A DNA stretch of 38,214 bases, from assembly GCA_964578525.1 (NCBI GenBank), contig CAZODG010000001.1, positions 1-38,214 of the forward strand, read 5' to 3'. The first letter of the stretch is position 1; every line of letters starts with the position of its first letter. The notes beneath the pieces were generated by a model. It searched no databases and was not told the origin of the DNA. It saw nothing but the letters and a program-made list of their open reading frames with translations. This DNA comes from an uncultured Actinomycetota bacterium (GTDB taxonomy: Bacteria; Actinomycetota; Humimicrobiia; Humimicrobiales; Humimicrobiaceae). Position numbers and translations under genes: made by a program. Shown here in pieces: positions 33,589 through 38,214 of this stretch.

Positions 33589-34491
33589 ATGTTAACGTCA
33601 GTGTCCATCAAAGGAAAAAAACTTAAGATCAACTGGGTGCCCTATCTTTTTTTGATAGCACCGCTGATATTGTTTCTGATGTGGGTAATTGGCCCGATGC
33701 TTTACACGTTTTACTTAAGCTTTACCAACTGGGACGGTGTTTCAACGGCTCAGTTTATAGGTATTACTAATTACATCCGGCTGTTTAAAGATCCAATTTT
33801 TCAAATAGCATTGCTCAACAACTTGAAATGGTTGGTCTCATTAATCACAGTCCCGGTTATAATGGGGCTGGGGTTGGCTATGGCCCTTAACAGCAGTATT
33901 CCAGGTGCGAGAGTAATCAAGGCTGCATTTTTTATGCCGTATGTCCTCTCGTTTATCATCGTTGGTATGATATTTGGGTGGATGTACCATCCAGTCGGCG
34001 GCTTAATTAACAGCACATTGCACGCAATTGGATTAGACTGGCTGGCACTCGGTTGGTTAAGCAGCCAAAAACTGGCTACATGGTGCATAATTGCAGCAGC
34101 AGTCTGGCGTCAGGTAGGTTATGTGATGGTACTTTACCTGGCCGGCCTGCAGTCCATAGATTCATCACTGGTTGACGCAGCCAGAGTGGATGGCTGCAAC
34201 AGCTGGCAATTATTTAGACGGATTATTTTTCCGCTCCTCGCGCCTATTACAGTTATCATCGTCACCATCAGCGTCATAGATTCACTACGTTCCTTTGATC
34301 TAGTATTTATAATGACCCGTGGCGGTCCGGCAAACTCGACGAGTGTGCTGGCCAACTTCATGTACATAGAAGCATTCAACAATTACAAGATGGGCTACGG
34401 TGCAGCCATCGCGGTAATTATGTTTTTGATTACTTCGGTGTTTATTTTTATTTACTTGCGGAGAGTGCTCCGCACTGAGATGGAATATTAG
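33589..34491 (+). CDS. Sugar ABC transporter permease (MalF/UgpA-like)
   Basis: 300 aa with six predicted TM segments and an EAA loop (VDAARVDGCNSWQLFRRIIFP). Confidence 0.9.
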   Translation: MLTSVSIKGKKLKINWVPYLFLIAPLILFLMWVIGPMLYTFYLSFTNWDGVSTAQFIGITNYIRLFKDPIFQIALLNNLKWLVSLITVPVIMGLGLAMALNSSIPGARVIKAAFFMPYVLSFIIVGMIFGWMYHPVGGLINSTLHAIGLDWLALGWLSSQKLATWCIIAAAVWRQVGYVMVLYLAGLQSIDSSLVDAARVDGCNSWQLFRRIIFPLLAPITVIIVTISVIDSLRSFDLVFIMTRGGPANSTSVLANFMYIEAFNNYKMGYGAAIAVIMFLITSVFIFIYLRRVLRTEMEY

Positions 34492-34504
34492 AGGTTATTG
34501 AGAT

Positions 34505-35344
34505 ATGGAAGGCGTGCGAATAAAATTATCTATACGTATTTTTTTATCTGTTTTATGCTTCTTGTTTACCATCCTATGGTTAATACCGGTAATAGCAGCG
34601 GTTGTGACCTCTTTCCGCACCTATAATGATATCCTTCAAAACGGATTCTGGTCTATGCCGAAATCCTTAACTTTTAGAAATTTCATCGAAGCATGGAATC
34701 GAGGTGGGCTGGCTCACTATTTACCGAATAGTTTCATTATAACGATACCATGCCTGATTGGTACCCTTTTCCTGTCGTCTCTGGGAGGCTATGCTCTCTC
34801 GCGTTTCCGCTTCCCAGGCAATAAGCTGATATTGTTCATATTTGTGGCAGGTATGATGCTGCCCTTCCAGATTTTGCTTCTGCCTGTTTTTAAGCTCACA
34901 GATGCACTAAGCATATATGATACTTATTGGGCGTTGATTATTTTTCACACATCCTTTCAGCTTGGTTTTTGTACATTCGTCCTGCGTAATTATATGCGCA
35001 CTATGCCGGAAGAGATTTTAGAGGCGGCGCGGGTTGATGGCTGCAGCGAGTTCCGCGTCTACTGGCAAATTATGATGCCGCTTACTCTGCCAGCAATGGG
35101 AGCACTGGCAACGCTCGAGTTTACATGGATATTTAATGACTTTTTATGGGCGTTAATCCTGCTGCAACGTGATGCGCTTAAGCCGGTCTCGACCGGTCTG
35201 GCGACGCTGGTGGGACAGTACATCATGGACTGGACGGTAATCACTGCCGGCTCGATGATTGCTGCTCTACCGACGGTGATTGTATTCCTGTTTCTGCAGC
35301 GCTACTTTGTTTCCGGGCTGACGTTGGGGGCGGTAAAGGGGTAA
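34505..35344 (+). CDS. Sugar ABC transporter permease (MalG/UgpE-like)
   Basis: 279 aa with an EAA loop (LEAARVDGCSEFRVYWQIMMP). Confidence 0.9.
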   Translation: MEGVRIKLSIRIFLSVLCFLFTILWLIPVIAAVVTSFRTYNDILQNGFWSMPKSLTFRNFIEAWNRGGLAHYLPNSFIITIPCLIGTLFLSSLGGYALSRFRFPGNKLILFIFVAGMMLPFQILLLPVFKLTDALSIYDTYWALIIFHTSFQLGFCTFVLRNYMRTMPEEILEAARVDGCSEFRVYWQIMMPLTLPAMGALATLEFTWIFNDFLWALILLQRDALKPVSTGLATLVGQYIMDWTVITAGSMIAALPTVIVFLFLQRYFVSGLTLGAVKG

Positions 35345-35438
35345 AGCTGAAGAGATATATTCTTAGATCCCCACACCTAAAAATCGGTATTTATTGAGAT
35401 AATGGTTGTTAGTTTAACAAAAAGTAATTTTTATTTAA

Positions 35439-37556
35439 TTGCTAAGGGATATGAGTATGAAAAAATCGAATATGACACAACTATTGCTTGGTGTCGACTA
35501 TTACCCCGAGCAATGGCCCGAGGAGCGCTGGCATATTGATGCCCGGTTAATGCACGAAGCCGGCCTTTCTGTTGTACGCCTGGCTGAGTTTGCCTGGGCT
35601 AAAATGGAACCTTCAGAAGGTCAGCATGATTGGCTGTGGCTGGATAAAGCTATAGAGATATTGGTGAATGAGGGATTGCAAGTGGTGTTAGGCACGCCTA
35701 CTGCCAACCCGCCTGCCTGGCTGATTCAAGCTAGCCCGGATATCCTGCCGGTAGATGCGCAGGGCCACCGTAGAAATTTTGGCTCCCGCCGACATTATTG
35801 TTTCAACAATACAATCTACCACGATGCCACACGCCGTATTGTGACAGCGATGGGTGAACACTTTGAGCATAACGCGGCCGTAATTGGTTGGCAACTGGAC
35901 AATGAATTCGGTTGTCATGACACTACACGCTGCTATTGTAAAAACTGCAGAACAGCCTTCCAAGTATGGTTACAAAAAAAGTACGGTTCGCTCGACATGC
36001 TCAACACTGCATGGGGTAATGTCTTTTGGAGCCAATCCTATAGCGATTGGACGCAAATCATGCCGCCTAACCTAACTGTAACCGAAGCTAATCCCAGCCA
36101 TGTATTGGACTGGTATCGTTTCTCTTCGGATTCGGTGGCGATTTACCAGCAAATTCAGATAGACATTTTACGCCGACTCTGCCCGGACAAATTTATTACC
36201 ACGAACTTTATGGGTACTTTCTCCGACTTTAATCATTACATGATGGCTGCGCCGCTGGATTTTATTACCTGGGATAGTTACCCCACCGGCTATGCAGAAC
36301 TCATAAGGCCAACAGCTTACATGCCGAACCAACCCCAGCCAGATGTAGCTTATGATGTTGGTGACCCTTATGTGACTGGTTTCTGTCACGATCTGATGCG
36401 TGGTCTGAAAGAAGGTACATCATTCTGGGTGATGGAGCAGCAGGCTGGTCAAATCAATTGGGGCAAGGTCAACCCGGCCGTACGTCCCGGTACGGTCCGT
36501 CTGTGGACGTGGCACAACATGGCCGCCGGGGCCGATGTCGTTGTCTATTTTCGCTGGAGAGCTTGTCGGTTTGCCCAGGAGCAGTATCACAGTGGCCTGT
36601 TGCACCACGACGGTACATTCGATATGGGGTACCAGGAAGTGCTGAGATTGCAGAAAGAGCAATACTTGATGCAATCCATCCAGGGCACGTGCGTGATGGC
36701 CGAGGTAGCTATCCTGGCAGATTATGAGGACCTTTGGGCGCTGGATTTGCAGCCGCATAATCACCTTATTACTTACTGGCGCCATCTATTTGCTTACTAT
36801 CGCGCATTAGCTCGAGCTGGTGTGCCAACTGATGTAATCTCAACCGATGCAGATCTCTCGCGGTATAAGCTGGTGATTGCTCCCACTTTATTGCTGGCCG
36901 ATGACACGCTGTCCACTCGTCTGGCTAATTACGTTAAATCCGGTGGTATGCTGCTTTTAGGTATACGTTCCGGCTTCAAGATGCTTACCAACATAGTGAC
37001 AGATAAACCTTTACCCGGCCCGTTCCATAACCTGGCAGGTGCAACGGTTGAAGCCTGGCACTCACTGCCACCTGATGTGATTTATCCGTTGATTGACTAT
37101 AAATTACAGACACTCGAAGCAACAATATGGGCCGAGGGCCTTGTAGCAGACTCTGCTGATCCGTTGATATCCTATAACGGCGGGCCGCTGGAAGGTAAGG
37201 CTGCTGTTACTGTCAATAAGATAGGAAAGGGGCGCGTTGTTTACACAGGTTTATGGCCTAATGAAGCAGTACTTGATTCACTAATCAGTTGGCTTTTACC
37301 CCAGGCAGGTATCAAGCAGCTGGCGCATGTACCGGAAGGTGTTCTCACCTATCGCCGAAAAGATTCCGGGTGTGATTATCTGTTTCTGCTGAACTTTAAA
37401 GATGTACCTGCCGTAATCCGTCTCAACATTAATGATGTCACTGATGCTTTTACAGACCAGCAAGTAGGTCGTAAGGTGACAATTGCTGCGCGTGATTTAC
37501 GGCTGTTGAAACTTAAAGTAATATCCCAAAAGGAGGCGATTGAAGAAGGTTTGTAG
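35439..37556 (+). CDS. Glycoside hydrolase family 42 beta-galactosidase
   Basis: About 700 aa with GVDYYPEQWPEERW at the N-terminus and WQLDNEFG (acid/base Glu in the NE motif). The three-domain length is typical of GH42. The likely start is the ATG at 35454 or 35457 rather than the TTG at 35439. Confidence 0.9.
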   Translation: MLRDMSMKKSNMTQLLLGVDYYPEQWPEERWHIDARLMHEAGLSVVRLAEFAWAKMEPSEGQHDWLWLDKAIEILVNEGLQVVLGTPTANPPAWLIQASPDILPVDAQGHRRNFGSRRHYCFNNTIYHDATRRIVTAMGEHFEHNAAVIGWQLDNEFGCHDTTRCYCKNCRTAFQVWLQKKYGSLDMLNTAWGNVFWSQSYSDWTQIMPPNLTVTEANPSHVLDWYRFSSDSVAIYQQIQIDILRRLCPDKFITTNFMGTFSDFNHYMMAAPLDFITWDSYPTGYAELIRPTAYMPNQPQPDVAYDVGDPYVTGFCHDLMRGLKEGTSFWVMEQQAGQINWGKVNPAVRPGTVRLWTWHNMAAGADVVVYFRWRACRFAQEQYHSGLLHHDGTFDMGYQEVLRLQKEQYLMQSIQGTCVMAEVAILADYEDLWALDLQPHNHLITYWRHLFAYYRALARAGVPTDVISTDADLSRYKLVIAPTLLLADDTLSTRLANYVKSGGMLLLGIRSGFKMLTNIVTDKPLPGPFHNLAGATVEAWHSLPPDVIYPLIDYKLQTLEATIWAEGLVADSADPLISYNGGPLEGKAAVTVNKIGKGRVVYTGLWPNEAVLDSLISWLLPQAGIKQLAHVPEGVLTYRRKDSGCDYLFLLNFKDVPAVIRLNINDVTDAFTDQQVGRKVTIAARDLRLLKLKVISQKEAIEEGL

Positions 37557-37803
37557 GGAAAGGGGATAAATCAATAGATAATTTTTTATTTTATTAGAAG
37601 TATAGAGAAGTACGGGAAGTATCCGGTTGTTCCCTGGCACGATTTGTTAAGGTAATTGTTTATATAATCATTTTTTTGATTAATTGCGGTGGTGGGAATA
37701 AAAAGTAAAGATTTTAAAAATTTAATAAATAAAAAAATTTTAATATTAAATAACTTAATGCTATTAGAAAGGAGATATAGAAATAGAACATAACATAGAA
37801 AAA

Positions 37804-38214
37804 TTGGAAATCAGCAATTATTTTAAAGGGTTAAAGAATCTATTTTTTGAAAGATTTATAGAGGGTAATCGAGAGGAAGAAAATATTTTTGAAAAGAAAG
37901 ATCTTGTAAATATTTTATCTCCCGGAAGAATAAATATAATTGGGGAGCATACAGATTACAATTCAGGACTTTCTATAAATACAGCTATAAATAAATATAT
38001 ATTTATAACAGGGTATGGAAATAAAACAAATAGTGTAGAAGTTTTTTCAAAGCATCTAAATGATTCTAAAAAGTTTTTATTGGATGATATTAGCTTTGAT
38101 AAAAACACATATTGGATAAATTATATAAAAGGGGTTTTAAAAGAATATATTAAACATGGTCATAAAATTAGCGGATTTAATTCTGCTCAATACCTGCTCT
38201 ATCCGGGAGAAAGC
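37804..38214 (+). CDS. galK: Galactokinase, partial (N-terminal part, runs off the right edge)
   Basis: The frame is open from 37768 to the window end and contains the galactokinase signature SPGRINIIGEHTDYNSG. There is no in-frame ATG. TTG at 37804 is the first canonical start, and an AGGAG SD at 37770-37774 sits upstream of ATA codons, so the 5' end is uncertain. Confidence 0.7.
   Translation, partial: MEISNYFKGLKNLFFERFIEGNREEENIFEKKDLVNILSPGRINIIGEHTDYNSGLSINTAINKYIFITGYGNKTNSVEVFSKHLNDSKKFLLDDISFDKNTYWINYIKGVLKEYIKHGHKISGFNSAQYLLYPGES

Noticed and set aside
32330-37556. GC-rich block as an assembly chimera or a mobile element (transposon/ICE)
   Set aside because: Reading frames and operon logic are continuous across both junctions, with the SBP frame open through the composition change. 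No transposase, integrase, inverted repeats or tRNA target were found. It is kept as a horizontal-transfer finding, but chimerism can only be excluded with read data.
37635-37650. TGGCACGATTTGTTAA upstream of galK resembles the -24 element of a sigma-54 promoter
   Set aside because: The -12 TTGC element is missing or misplaced, and no enhancer-binding protein gene is nearby. It is probably a chance match.

Overview
This window is the replication-origin neighbourhood of a low-GC bacterial chromosome, followed by nitrogen and carbohydrate loci. No rRNA, tRNA, CRISPR, transposase or integrase genes were seen.

**Minus strand, about 10.4 kb leftward:**
- an unusual GHKL-ATPase/winged-helix gene, then dnaA and dnaN
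- a pantothenate cluster (PanG-type reductase, panB, panC, panD) and a lipoprotein
- beyond these, corA (plus strand), an orphan sugar-binding lipoprotein and a partial membrane-protein gene

**Plus strand, about 10.9 kb rightward:**
- rpmH, rnpA, yidD, yidC, jag, mnmE
- a degenerate mnmG paralog, then canonical mnmG, rsmG, parA, parB, lipA and a VIT1-like membrane protein

Gene orientation flips at about 10.4-10.9 kb. A cluster of TT(T/A)TCAACA DnaA-box variants sits there, and a second box plus AT-rich module lies in the dnaA-dnaN spacer. Two perfect parS sites (TGTTTCACGTGAAACA) bracket the mnmG paralog.

**Right half:**
- amt-glnK-glnA, headed by an atypical OmpR-family regulator, with 11-bp-phased TGTTAA repeats upstream of both amt and glnA
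- a LacI-family regulator plus a GH4 glycosidase
- gldA-dhaK-dhaL
- a visibly GC-rich, probably horizontally acquired module of about 5.2 kb (sugar ABC binding protein, two permeases, GH42 beta-galactosidase), placed just upstream of an AT-rich partial galK

**Most interesting candidates:**
- the GHKL/wHTH gene apparently co-transcribed with dnaA
- the cysteine-less, truncated MnmG paralog flanked by duplicated parS
- the GlnR-like orphan regulator with its candidate sites
- the compositionally foreign galactoside module

All functional calls come from reading motifs by eye; no database search was run.
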